A program made the position numbers and the translations under genes. Shown here one piece after another: positions 49,980-61,211 of a DNA stretch of 64,000 nucleotides. The DNA is from Fonticula alba ATCC 38817. Taxonomy: Eukaryota; Protista; Nucleariida. The DNA lies in assembly GCA_000388065.2 (NCBI GenBank), contig KB932202.1; one strand, written 5' to 3'. Each line of letters opens with the position of its first letter. The first letter of the stretch is position 1. Under the pieces are notes generated by a model. It searched no databases. It was not told the origin of the DNA and saw nothing but the letters and a program-made list of their open reading frames with translations.

Positions 49980-50652
49980 TTACTTGGTGGACTCGACGTA
50001 GTCGCGGTACTTGTCCTCGCTCATCATGCCCGCGAGCTCGGAGTCGTCAGACATCTGGATCTTGAACATCCAGCCTGCGCGGAAAGAGGCGGGGGAGCCC
50101 AGTGTGTCAGTGGCGGAGGGAGAGAAGAGAGAAGGAGAAGCCGCGGGTCAGGGACCGGCGCAAACAAGCAGGCAGATTGTCCCCCGCACCGTCGCTGAAG
50201 GGCTTCTCATTGATGAGGGCCATGTTGGAGGAGTCGGTGAGCGAGTCGTTGACCTCGACGATCTTGCCGGTGACCGGGGAGTAGACCTCGCTAGAGGCCT
50301 TGACCGACTCGATGGCACCAGCGGAGTCCTGGCGGGCGAGGTCGGCACCAACGGCCGGCAGCTCGATGTAGACAAGGTCACCCAGCAGGGAGGCAGCGTA
50401 GTCGGTGATACCGACGGTGGCGATCTTCGACTCCTTGTCGACAGTGACCCACTCATGATCCTCGGTGAAGAGGCGGCCTGGTGCATGGCAGCCATGGAGA
50501 GAGCCGGACGGTGAGCACATGAGCCTGCACTCTGGCACAGAGCAACACAATCTGCAGGTGGGTGCGGGCGTACTGGTGGAGAACATGCGGGCGGCGATCT
50601 GGCCGTTCTGCATGGCAGAACGACGGAGCATGTTGGTGGCGGCAGTGAGCAT
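49980..50652 (-). CDS. GCSH: Glycine cleavage system H protein, mitochondrial (exons 50652-50574, 50477-50190, 50074-49980)
   Basis: Presequence MLTAATNMLRRSAM, then FTEDHEWV, ATVGITDYA..LGDLVYIELP, the lipoyl-Lys motif IESVKASSEVYSPVTG, and GWMFKI. Confidence 0.95.
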
Positions 50653-51529
50653 GTTGGTCTGGGGGAACTCTCGTGAGTAGTGGGGCTCTGGGAGGTGAGG
50701 GTGGCGGGAGGAGGGCGAGCGGTCAGCCGACAGAGGGAATGCCGAAGGAGCAGGGGGGGAGGGGAGGGTGGGGACAAAAAGGCGACATACAAAAACAAAT
50801 CTGAAGGAAGCCTCTACAGAGGGCTGCGCGCTCGGTACCAACAGGGCACCTCGCCTTCTCTCTCTCTCTCTCTCTCTCTCCCCCCCCCCCCCCCCCTCGC
50901 CGTCCTTCCTGCGAGTGCATGGAACACCGGGGAATACACACTGGTTGCACACCTCCCCCCCTCCCCCCGTTGGCATCCTTGTCCAGGGCCCACTCTCCTC
51001 GCCCCCGCCTGCCTTGGCGCGCCCCTCTCTGCCCACATCCCGGGGGCTGAATCATTTTCGGCATCTTGAGTTCAATTTTTGGACCCATCTATTTCACGCC
51101 CACCCTACGTCTCGGCCCCCCCCNNNNNNNNNNNNNNNNNNNNNNNNNNNNNNNNNNNNNNNNNNNNNNNNNNNNNNNNNNNNNNNNNNNNNNNNNNNNN
51201 NNNNNNNNNNNNNNNNNNNNNNNNNNNNNNNNNNNNNNNNNNNNNNNNNNNNNNNNNNNNNNNNNNNNNNNNNNNNNNNNNNNNNNNNNNNNNNNNNNNN
51301 NNNNNNNNNNNNNNNNNNNNNNNCCCCCCCCGCTCCCCTCGCCACACGATTGACCGTGGTCTTCGGCCGCAGCCAGGACACGCAATTCAATTCAAGGACA
51401 AAAAAAACCATCGACGATGGGCCGATCTCTTCCCCCGCTCTTGGCGCAGGAAAGAAGCCGGCGGTCTTTTTTCCGAATTAGGGTTGGACACCAATCACGT
51501 GCAAGAAAATATACACATGACTCGACTAT

Positions 51530-51570
51530 TCATCCTTTCATGGGCGATTCCTCTCCATCACTGTCGAGGC

Positions 51571-51601
<31 letters not shown>

Positions 51602-52159
51602 TCCAGCGAGCTGCTCCCAATTGAGTCGGCAGATGTCGCGGAACTCGCGGAACTCCTCCATCAAGTGCTGGACCTCCTCGCGTGCGGCAAACAGCTGGCG
51701 CTGGGACTCGGCGAAGTCTGCCCGCGCGCGGTCCAACTCGGCCCGGAGCTGTTTGCTCTCATCGGCCCTGCGGGTCAAGGCAGGCAGCCGAGGCAATCGC
51801 ACCCAGGGAACATACCGGGCAGGAAGCAAGTGGAGCATGTGAGAAAGGGAACATGGGAAGGCCCATCGAGAAGAGAGGAGGCCCGGATGTCGGAGCGCAC
51901 CGTGCGGTGGCCTGCTGCTCGGCCTCATACAGACGTGCGGCCATGGCGTCGCGCGCCCTGGCGGCCGACTGAGCAGCGGCCTGTGAGACACGCAGGCGTT
52001 CCAGCAAATGACGCTCCGGGGCTGGAGGGGGCTGCTGGGACCGAGTGTTATTGGCTCCTCCTCGGGACGCCAGGTGGTGCGAGTCTTGGGTCGTATGTGT
52101 TCCATCGCCAAACAGAGTTCGATAGTGGGCCTGGGGGAGGGGGGCGAGGATACAGGGGA

Positions 52160-52237
<78 letters not shown>

Positions 52238-55200
52238 GGATGAATAGACAGCCAAAAAAAAAGAAAGGGAGGAAATGTGTGAAGAGATGCAATAATCGAA
52301 GTGGCACGAAAGAGGGTAATGGAAGAGAGAGGGGAGGAGAGAGAGAGGCAGATGGAGTAGACTGGCGGGCGATGCGCAGGAAAAAGGCCGTACCTCCATG
52401 GCATCGCGTATTGAGTTCAGCACTTGGATGATATCATCCTGGTCAGTGTCGCCGGGCCCATCGGCCGGAGAGGACGCCGATCGCTGAGCATGTGCCACCA
52501 GCGCTTCCTCCAAGATGCGAATGCGCTCCAGGAGCGCGTGTTTCTCACGCTCAAAGGTCTTCACGCGAGTTAGCATCCACGGATGTCGAAATGCCAAGCA
52601 ATGGGCCTCCTACCCCCCCCCCCCCCCACACACACACACACAGTTTATGGTTATGGGGGGCTGGGAATTGTGGCGTACCTCGCGCCCATGCACGGCCGTC
52701 AGGCCACTCGAATGGCCAGCCACAGAAGGCGAAGAGCTGGTCATGTCATTGTTCAATGACGCTGGCGCCGGCACACCGACGGCTCCGAGCGGCTGTGGGC
52801 GAGATCGCGGGCTCGGGGTCTGCGGAGAGTCCAAAGACAGGAGATGGTCCAGCAGGGGGGAGCCACTGGTGTCGCCGGGGGCCTGTGCATCGGAGCCACG
52901 TCGGCTGGCGGCGATCGTGTCCCCTGGCAGGAGGGGATCCGCCGCCTCGGACACCGAGCGCAACTGCGACAGGCTGTCCGTCAGAATACGGACGCGTGTC
53001 TCAAGCGCGGCACAAGTTGCTTGCGATTGCGTCAGCAAGAGGGACTGCACGCGGTTACGGGCGAGGGAGAGAGGGAGAGCATGCCACCACACACAATGGG
53101 AGTCAGTTCCGGGGCAGGGATGTGTGAGGGAAGGGGAGGCAAAAGGGAAAAGCCATGACATACCAGGGAGTCAGCACGCTCGCGCGCCTCGGCGGCCTGA
53201 TTCTGAAGAAGGTGGATCCTGCATGGCCGGGGAGTGGGTGAGTTGCCTGTGGGGGACGCGGAATGTAACACGGGAAATGGAAAAAAAAGCCCCCCCCCCG
53301 ATCTCCAATACGCCCTGGCGCAAACGCACATAGAATCCTGTTCGGTTGATGGTGTGACGAGGCGATCCCTATGGCCGGCCGAGACCGGGGTGTCTGCCGT
53401 GGTTGCCACGGATGGCGTCCCGCCGAGCATGCCAGAGGCCCCGTCGCGCGATTCCCCGAGCAGGAGCGGCGGGTCAGAGGCCAAGCTGTCCGTCACCAGC
53501 AGCGGAAGCCCGCTGCCAGTCCCGGAGAGGACGCCCTGGAAGACGCTGTTCAAGTTCGGCCGCGGCGAGGCCCCCAAACTCAGGACCCCAGAGGAGGGAT
53601 GGTGTGCGTGCTGCTGATCTTGCAGGCGAGCCGACGTCGCAGCCAGAGCCTCGGCCCGGGCGCGTGACTGCAATGCCAGCTTGCGAGATGCGGCCTCACT
53701 TTCCCGAGCCAAGTTCAGCTCGCGCAGGAGATCTGATCGTGTTGGTGATGGTTGCGTCAGGGAGGGCGAGGATGTACGGACAGGGCAGAGGGATGGCGGC
53801 CATCAGGAGAGCGAAGATTGGGAGAGGGGGACAAGGAGAGGGGGGCGAGAGGAGGGCGGGATGAAATACTGCGACCATATGTATCGCACCCTCGATTTGG
53901 GCAGCCTGGGCGCCGACTTCCCCTTCGAGGGCCAGTACCCGTGCCGCCTGCGTGGTGGCTTGCTGCTGGGCCTGATCGACCGCCTCGCGAAGTTGCTGGC
54001 ACTCGGTCTGGTATTGTTGCATTTGGCCGGTCAGCTGGTGGTGATCCGTGGCCAGAGTGTTGGCGCGGTCCCTTTCGGCCTGCAGGTCGGCCTGCAAACG
54101 ACCAAGCACCTCGTCCGACCGGGTTTCTAACAATTGATTTAGGCGGGCGATCTCAGCCTCTGAGGTCCGGCTCCGAGCATGATGCTCCTTCATCTGGCCA
54201 GCCGCCGTAGCCAGTGCCTGGCGAAGCTGCGCCTCCCGTTCAGCCAGCTGCATGGCCTCGGCTTGGAGCTCCTCGTACGCCTGCTGCGAGAGGGCCAAAT
54301 CTTGCCGGGTGTCGGCGCAGGCCTCCCTGCTGCAGGGGCCGGACGTGGAGGCCGCTGCTGCCGCGACTGTCTGGCGGCGAAGGTGTTGGACCTCCTCCTC
54401 CAGCTGGGCCGCCCGTGCCCGGGTCTCGGTCAACTGGTCATCCAGCTGCTGGTGTTGGCTGGTCAGCCGGACAATCTGCGCTTCGCGGCTGTCTAGCACG
54501 CGCTGCAGACCGGCACGCTCGCGGTCCACGGCCTCTGCCACGCTGGCCGAGTGCGGAGCATGGTGGGACCTTGAAGGGGGAGCCTTCAAGGGGCCTGGCA
54601 TTGGCTCAAGGTCGCTCACATTGGAACGATCGGCCACATGGGTGGCGGTGATGGTCGGCGAGCCGGGGTCCAAGAGCTCGGCGACCGGCTCCACCTCTTC
54701 AACATCCTCATCGGGGCTGGATTCCACAGCCGATGGACTTGCCGGGTTGCTTGAGGTGTCGACTTCTGAATCGGCCAGCTCCTTCGCGGGGTCCAGCGGG
54801 TCCAGGTCGACCGGTGTGCTGGCCTGGGCCACAGAATCCGCTGTTGACAATGTACTCTCTGAGGCTGAACCACCTGTCGGGGAGGCCGGCGAGCTCAAGC
54901 TTCCTGGGGTCTGGGCATGGACGGGCGGTGTTGCACCAGCCGACACGGAGTCGAGTGCGGCTGATACCGTGGCATCAGCCGCAGCCGCAGGACCACCATC
55001 AGTCGGGAGCTTAGAGGCAGCCCCACTGGGACCCGGTCGCATTGGGCCCGAGGATGAAATATGTGGAGGAGGCAATGCGGCGGTGGACGCCGCTGCTGGG
55101 GCCGGGGCGGGGGCCGGAGCTGGCCGCGCACTTGGGGCGTCTTCTTGAATGTCCAATGCCCGGTCGATCGAGCGCTCCATCTGTGCTTTTTTCCCCCCCC

Positions 55201-55372
55201 GTCCGCGCCATGAGAAAAATGGGTGAGAAAGGCATGGCGGCGATTATTCTTCCCTGGCCTCGCCTCAAGGAGACCGGTGATGGCGACAAAAGGGGGCGGC
55301 AGTATTCCGGGAGCGCACTCGCTGGGCAATGCCCGAAAGGGTATCGAGGACGGAAAAGGAGCCAGAGAACAT
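51530..55372 (-). CDS. TMF1: Coiled-coil golgin, TMF1/Sgm1-like (exons 55372-55319, 55180-53890, 53732-53330, 53218-53164, 53044-52679, 52558-52394, 52130-51901, 51767-51530)
   Basis: The spliced N-terminus (..LSGIAQRMERSIDRALDIQED) resembles the TMF1 KSIDRVLDIQEE motif. Long heptad-rich stretches follow, and the C-terminal EEVQHLMEEFREFRDICRLNWEQL sits where the TMF TATA/Rab6-binding helix lies. All phases are consistent. Confidence 0.7.
52163..52236. repeat. (GA)n microsatellite; (TC)n pyrimidine tract on the transcribed strand of a TMF1 intron
   Basis: About 36 units with one mismatch. Confidence 0.9.
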
Positions 55373-57253
55373 GCTGATACTTTATGGAAGAGGAGCGACC
55401 GGCAGGAAGACGCCGGGCCGCGCGAAAGTCCACAACACTGAGGCGAGCGGCTTTGGATGGGATGTGAGGGGGGGGGGGGAATCGATGTGCTGGCGGGGTG
55501 TATCTGTGCGCGAAGCTTCCAGAGCACACAGGCGTATATGTGTGTATGTTGGGTGAGCGAGGGGGGGAGGGAGGGGGGGGGGGAGGAGGGAGGAGGTTGT
55601 CGAGCACGTTGGGCAGTGGTCGAGTTCTAGTGCCTGAAAAGGGGCAGGCCACACCCTCTCCGACGCGGGGGAGGCATCCGGGATTTTTGCCCTCCGGAGG
55701 AACTCGCACCGCCACACATCCAGGCAGAAGGAATTAATCGCAAATGGGGGGCGACTCTTCAAAGTGCAGGGGGGATGCATGAAGCCCAGTTGGTCAGATT
55801 GCCCAGGCGGGGGATCTGTTTATTGCCCAGAGCTGCCGGCTGCTGGCATCACCGCGCAAATGCGCGCGACCTGCAAGGGGGGCCCTCATTCGGTCATGGC
55901 AGCTCGCCCACTCACATCCCCGCCAGTGCTCGGGCAGGCCCCCGCATCGCGCAAGGTCTGGCCGCAGAACTGGGCCCGGGACTGGGTGAGGCCGCTGCCG
56001 GGGCGCCCCGATCGGTGTCACGAAGGGCACGTGCCTTTGCCCGATGATCGAATCACATGCGCGGTCAACTTTGATCGTGGGGTGTTTCCCCAGAATGTGG
56101 GTCGGGCTCCGGTAGACCGCCTCCTCGGGTCCCGGCCCCATTCCACAGGGGACGCCCAGCCGCGCCGTGTCTTCGCCTAGCCGAGGGTGGGGAAGGGGGA
56201 CTCGCGAGCCGAGGGAGATCCCAACGCGGGGTTCGATGAAAGGTGAAGTTTGGTCCGCACGACTCCCCCTGCCCCCCCCCCCCCCCGCCGCCACGTTGCC
56301 TCCTCCGGGATCTACAGATGCGTTGCGGCTGCGATCGTCATCGGTCTCCTTTTGACTGGCCAGGAACGGGGCCGGCCCTCGCTGGTCGGACCGGGGGGGG
56401 GGCATGTACTCTTGACGAGCGCAGGCGAGCGATCCAAACTGGTATCAAAAAGAACGGGGCCATATAGTGGCCCCTGAATTTCGAACTTCCTCATGCGAGA
56501 TTTCTTCCCCGTGAGTGGATGCTTGTGGATCGCCGAGATGGATTGCCTGTGTGTGTTTGTGTGTGTGTATGGAGGGGGGATGATCTTCTCTGATCTCCAG
56601 GCTTCATAATAATGGAACTGTTGGAGTTTCTTACGCGCAGATGCCCAGCGATTGGGCATATGCATACAAAGTTCTAAACGAAACGAAGGGCGAGGGGGTG
56701 GTAGGAAAAGCGAACGCCGGGGCTGTGCCCGACGCAGGCACACCGTGACAGAGCGGCACACTCCCGTTGTTTACGAAGGCCGAGGTGATCGATGTCGAAT
56801 TCCGCATTTTGACCCCCCCCTCCCCCCCTCGAGCAGAGCAGAGGACCGCCGGGGGATGGGGGGGGGGGGGGGTGGACTGACTCCCTGGCCCTGGATGCGG
56901 TCTGTGCATCCCGGAAATGTTCATGGATTTGTGGTTGGATGTGCCGGTGTATCCTCTCCTTGCCCGCCCACGACGGGTGTATGCCTGTTTCGTTTGTCAT
57001 TCTGTGGTTCCTCGACCGAAGGGCCAAGGGACGAGAATCCCCCCTTCTCCCGGCTCTTGTCCCCCCCCCCCCCCCCCATACCCCCACCCGTCGACTCTGG
57101 AAAGCATCTTTGGAACAAGATTCTCCCCCTGGGGGGTGCAAGGGTGTACTTGGTTCCGGTGGTGGGCCTGACGCTCGCCTGGGAGATATCTTCCCCGCCA
57201 CCCCACCGCACGGCGCGCCCCGAGCACGCCTCGGGCAGATTGCAAGTGAGAAG

Positions 57254-57360
57254 TATATAAGCAGGCGGCCCGACGCCCGACCAGAAGGGGCCGGTTATAG
57301 CAGGATTACACATACATAATTTAATATTAAGCAAATTGAATTTCTACGGAAGTTTCAATC
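57254..57360 (+). promoter_or_regulatory. Putative TATA box (TATATAA, 57254-57260) and AT-rich start region
   Basis: TATATAA followed about 45 nt later by the AT-rich island TACATACATAATTTAATATTAAGCAAATTGAATTT in otherwise GC-rich DNA, upstream of the ATG at 58073. Confidence 0.4.
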
Positions 57361-58072
57361 CACAGTTGTGCGTGTTGCCTGCCCCTCTCTCTTTCTCCCT
57401 CTCTCTCTTTCTCCCTCTCTCTCTTTCTCCCTCCCCCCTCCTCCCTCCTGCCGCCGTTTTTTTTCATGCATGCACCCATTTCGCCACTCGCATCCTCCTC
57501 TTCCCCTTGTATCTCTATCTACAGCACCTTTGCCAAGTTCCAAGGAGGAGGAAGAGCACCGTGGGCTCTTTTATACCTGCCTCGGTTCATCTACTGCCTG
57601 GCGACCGACACTCACATGCTCACATGGTTGTATGTATCTCCTCTTCCCCCGACGACGACCACCTGGTTCCTCGGTCTTGTGTCTGGTGTTTGGCTGGATG
57701 GCGTCTGCCCGCCGCCCTATCTCATGAGCAGACCCTCCCCCCCTCTTTTCTAAACCACAACACATTGTATCAGTGACATTCGAGCGACCTCTCGGTGCGT
57801 CGCCCCCGTCCCCCCCCATCTCTTGCTTCCAATACTATTGGGGCAGCCCCATATTCTCATGCACCGGAGATATGTTGCTTTCCCTCGCGGACATCCTCAA
57901 TCTAATTCCCTTTCCCCCCCCCCCCCCCCCCCCTGCTTTTGGTATCCACCAAACTACCCACACCCACACATACACTCGCCCCTATCTAGAACCACCCTCC
58001 CCACCCCCCTACAACAGAAGTATCAAAAGACAATTAGCAAGTCTCCAGAAAGGATCTTCCTTCCCTCCAAAA

Positions 58073-58420
58073 ATGAGTTCACAGCACTCGAGAAACTTCG
58101 ACTCCTCCGGGACCTTAAGCGAGTCGCCCTCCGGCAACCTCGCGTCATCGCCCCGGAAGAGCCAGCAGCCGGCGAAGCCCGGCGCGGCCGATGCCGGGCC
58201 TCCCCGCATCGACTACATGTATAAGACCACTCACTCGAAGATGAAGTTTGCCACCCATGTGGCCGACTCCGACGACGACTCGAAGTCCTACTCGGTCTCG
58301 CGCATCATTGAGACCCGGGTCATTGAGTCGGCCCAGGGCTCCCCCCGTGGTATGACTGCTAGCGCGGTCTTCCCCAAGGCGGCCCCGATTTCCCCCGCGA
58401 CCATGCGCACCGAGGGCCGT

Positions 58421-58460
<40 letters not shown>

Positions 58461-59035
58461 TGCCCGCCGCTGCCACCCCCCCCAAGCAGTCGTCTCCAAA
58501 GGCTGCCGGGCCGAAGATCGGCGGAGCCATCGATGCCAAGGCCGCCCAGCTGGGCACAAAGGCTGCCCGTCTGGCTCAGCCCATGATCCATGCCACCGGC
58601 CCCCTGCCCGACTCCTACCTGTCGTCGGTCAGTATGGCCGATTGCCACAATGATTCATTCGGCAATGCGGCCCGCCTGCGCGAGGAGCAGGAGCACCAGC
58701 GCCAGTGTCTGCGTGATGAGATCCGCCGGACCGTCCTCGCGACCACCGGCGGGTCCATGCCCACTCCCACCTCCATGGCGTCGATTGTCAACTCCACGCC
58801 CAGTGTGGAGCCTGCTCCGGGCACCTACAGGTTGGCGGCCCGGACCACCCCCCCGGCGGCCGGTGATCACGCTCACATCCAAGCCGCCACGTCCAAGTGG
58901 CGTGCCATGGTGGCCGAGAGCTCGCGGGCCCTTCAGGCCTCGCCGAAGGCGGCCGCCCGGCGGAGCGCCAGCACCGCTTCCCGCCGCCCTGCGGCAGCGG
59001 CCGCTGATGCCTTCAACTTCGTCAAGTCTTCCGAG
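58073..59035 (+). CDS. First coding exon of an uncharacterised Ser/Ala/Gln-rich protein
   Basis: AAAATG start, 321 codons with strong GC3 bias (MSSQHSRNFDSSG...FNFVKSSE), ending at a phase-0 GAG|GTACGT donor. Confidence 0.7.
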
Positions 59036-60745
59036 GTACGTCACGCAGCACATTGGCTTGGGGTTTCTCCTTGTCCCTCTCCCTCCCTCCCCCTTGTGTG
59101 AAATGTGGGTGCCTTTTTTTTGGAGGCTGTTTAGAGGGGAAAGCACTGATGAGGCTGCCGAGCGCATCTGCGAGCATGTGGCGTGTGTGTGTGTGTGTGT
59201 CGGTGTGTCGGTGTGTCGGTGTGTCGGTGTGTCGGCGTGCCTGTATGTGTCCTCGTGTGTCCTCTGCCCCTGCCCCTGCCGCTGCCCTGATCGACTCTCG
59301 GCGGCGGGAGAGGGAGTGGCCGATGCACATGTCGTCCATATGTGCACACATCTTCTCCGATATGGCGTTGCACACACATACGCACATACACACACACACA
59401 CACACACACAGTCTCTCGTGTGCTCGATCTCCTTCTCCCCGCCTGCCTCTCTCTCTCTCTCTTTTTCTTTCTTTCGCGCCCTCTCCTCTCATGCGAGAGA
59501 CAGACTCCCCAAGCTCTGCCGCTTGATGTGCGGGGCGACATGTCGCGCCTTCCGCGTGGCGCTTGCATGTGCGTGACCGCGCGCACCACTGTCCATTGAC
59601 CTAGAGGAGGAGCGTCTCACCCGGTGGCGTCCGCACAGACACGGCATGCCTTTGGGCGTGCTTCTTGCGGACAGGGTGAGATCCCTCACCTTGGCAGGGG
59701 CTCTGTCGTGTGTCGGGTTTGCCTGTGCGAGCGCGCCACAAAAGCGAGGCGCACATGCCTCTCCCATGTCTGTGTCCAGGAGCAGGGAGGATGTGTTCCA
59801 TGTGAGACAAGTGGGAGACGAGAAGGCGAAAAGGGGCGTCCACAGAGAGCGCTCCCAAGGGGGGAGGGAGGGACAGGAGGCGCGATAGTTAAAGAAAAGA
59901 ATTGGGAAGTGGATTGAGGAGGGAGATGGAGAAGGGCGAAGGGATGGCCCCCCCTGTTCTTCTCCGTTCCTGTGTGTATGTGTGTGTGTGTGTGTGTGTC
60001 TGTGTATGCGAGTGAGTGCGCATGTAAGTGTGCTTGTGTGCAGTCGCGGTTTGGCCAAGGGGAGGGAGGAAANNNNNNNNNNNNNNNNNNNNNNNNNNNN
60101 NNNNNNNNNNNNNTTTCCATCTCTCCCTCTTCCCCCCCCTCTCTCTCTCCCCTCTTCGCTCCGAGCTATGTCCTCTTCTCGCTTGATCCTCCATCTCCCT
60201 CCCGGCTCTTCCCGCTCCTTCCTCCCACAGTCTCCCCTCGTCGCGTGTTGGCAAATTCGCCTTCCCATGAAGTGAGGCGCGATGGGTGACACGAAGGGAC
60301 AAGAGTCGGAGGCGCGAGAGGGCGGGAGCATGATAGCGACGGAGGAGAGCCTCTCGCGGGCCAAGGCGGAGCGGGGTGAGGGGAGGCGTGAGGGCAGAGA
60401 CTTGACGGGGACCATGGCATGCTTTTTCCCGGCGTGTGCCCCGCCACCATCTGGCTTCCGTGGTGAGAGGAGGGAGAAGGGGGGGGGGGGGGGCGCGCGC
60501 GCGTGTACCCCCCAGGGAACTTTAGAGACCCGCAGGGGGTCACCTGCGTAACACGCGCATAGACGCGCCCCGTGTATGCGTGTGCGTGGAGCAAAGACCA
60601 GAGACCAGCCTCGACTTGGTGGTGAGTGATGCGCGTATTTTCGCGAATGGCGCATGCTCCCCCCTCCCCCCTTTGGGTGCACGGCCAAATGCGGGCGCGC
60701 TTGCGTGTGCCACACAGTCCCGGACTCCCAGACCCGCCCACATCC

Positions 60746-60760
60746 ACGCACGCACGAACA

Positions 60761-60800
<40 letters not shown>

Positions 60801-60815
60801 CACACACACGCACAC
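60746..60815. repeat. (GCAC)n/(CA)n compound microsatellite
   Basis: Direct reading. Confidence 0.85.
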
Positions 60816-61124
60816 ACACTGGACACACAATCCCACGATCCTCTTGTGATCGCAGAAAGTATGTCGACGTGTGTGTAGGTATATATATGTGTGTGTGTGT
60901 GTGTATGTGTGTGTGTGTGCGCGCGCGCGGATGTGTGTGAGTGTGGTGTGTGCGGCGACAGGGCCCGCAGCCTCCGCATGCCACCGTGTACTGCGCCTCC
61001 CTCCCGATGGCAACCAAAGGAGAGGTGGTCCCCCCACCGCGCACGCGCTCTCCTCCCCTCTCCCTCCTCCTTCCTCCCCTCCCTCCATCCCTCCCCCCGG
61101 CGGACCCAGACTGACACCGGCTTA

Positions 61125-61157
<33 letters not shown>

Positions 61158-61211
61158 TCCTTGCCGTGCGCGCGTGCTTGTGCTTGCGTGTGGTGCAAAA
61201 AAAAGAAGAAG

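Noticed and set aside
14162-50652. Mitochondrial gene cluster (Sel1-like, IMP1, TRMU, GCSH)
   Set aside because: The genes are interspersed with unrelated ones, share no pathway, and four of about 14 genes is not convincing enrichment.
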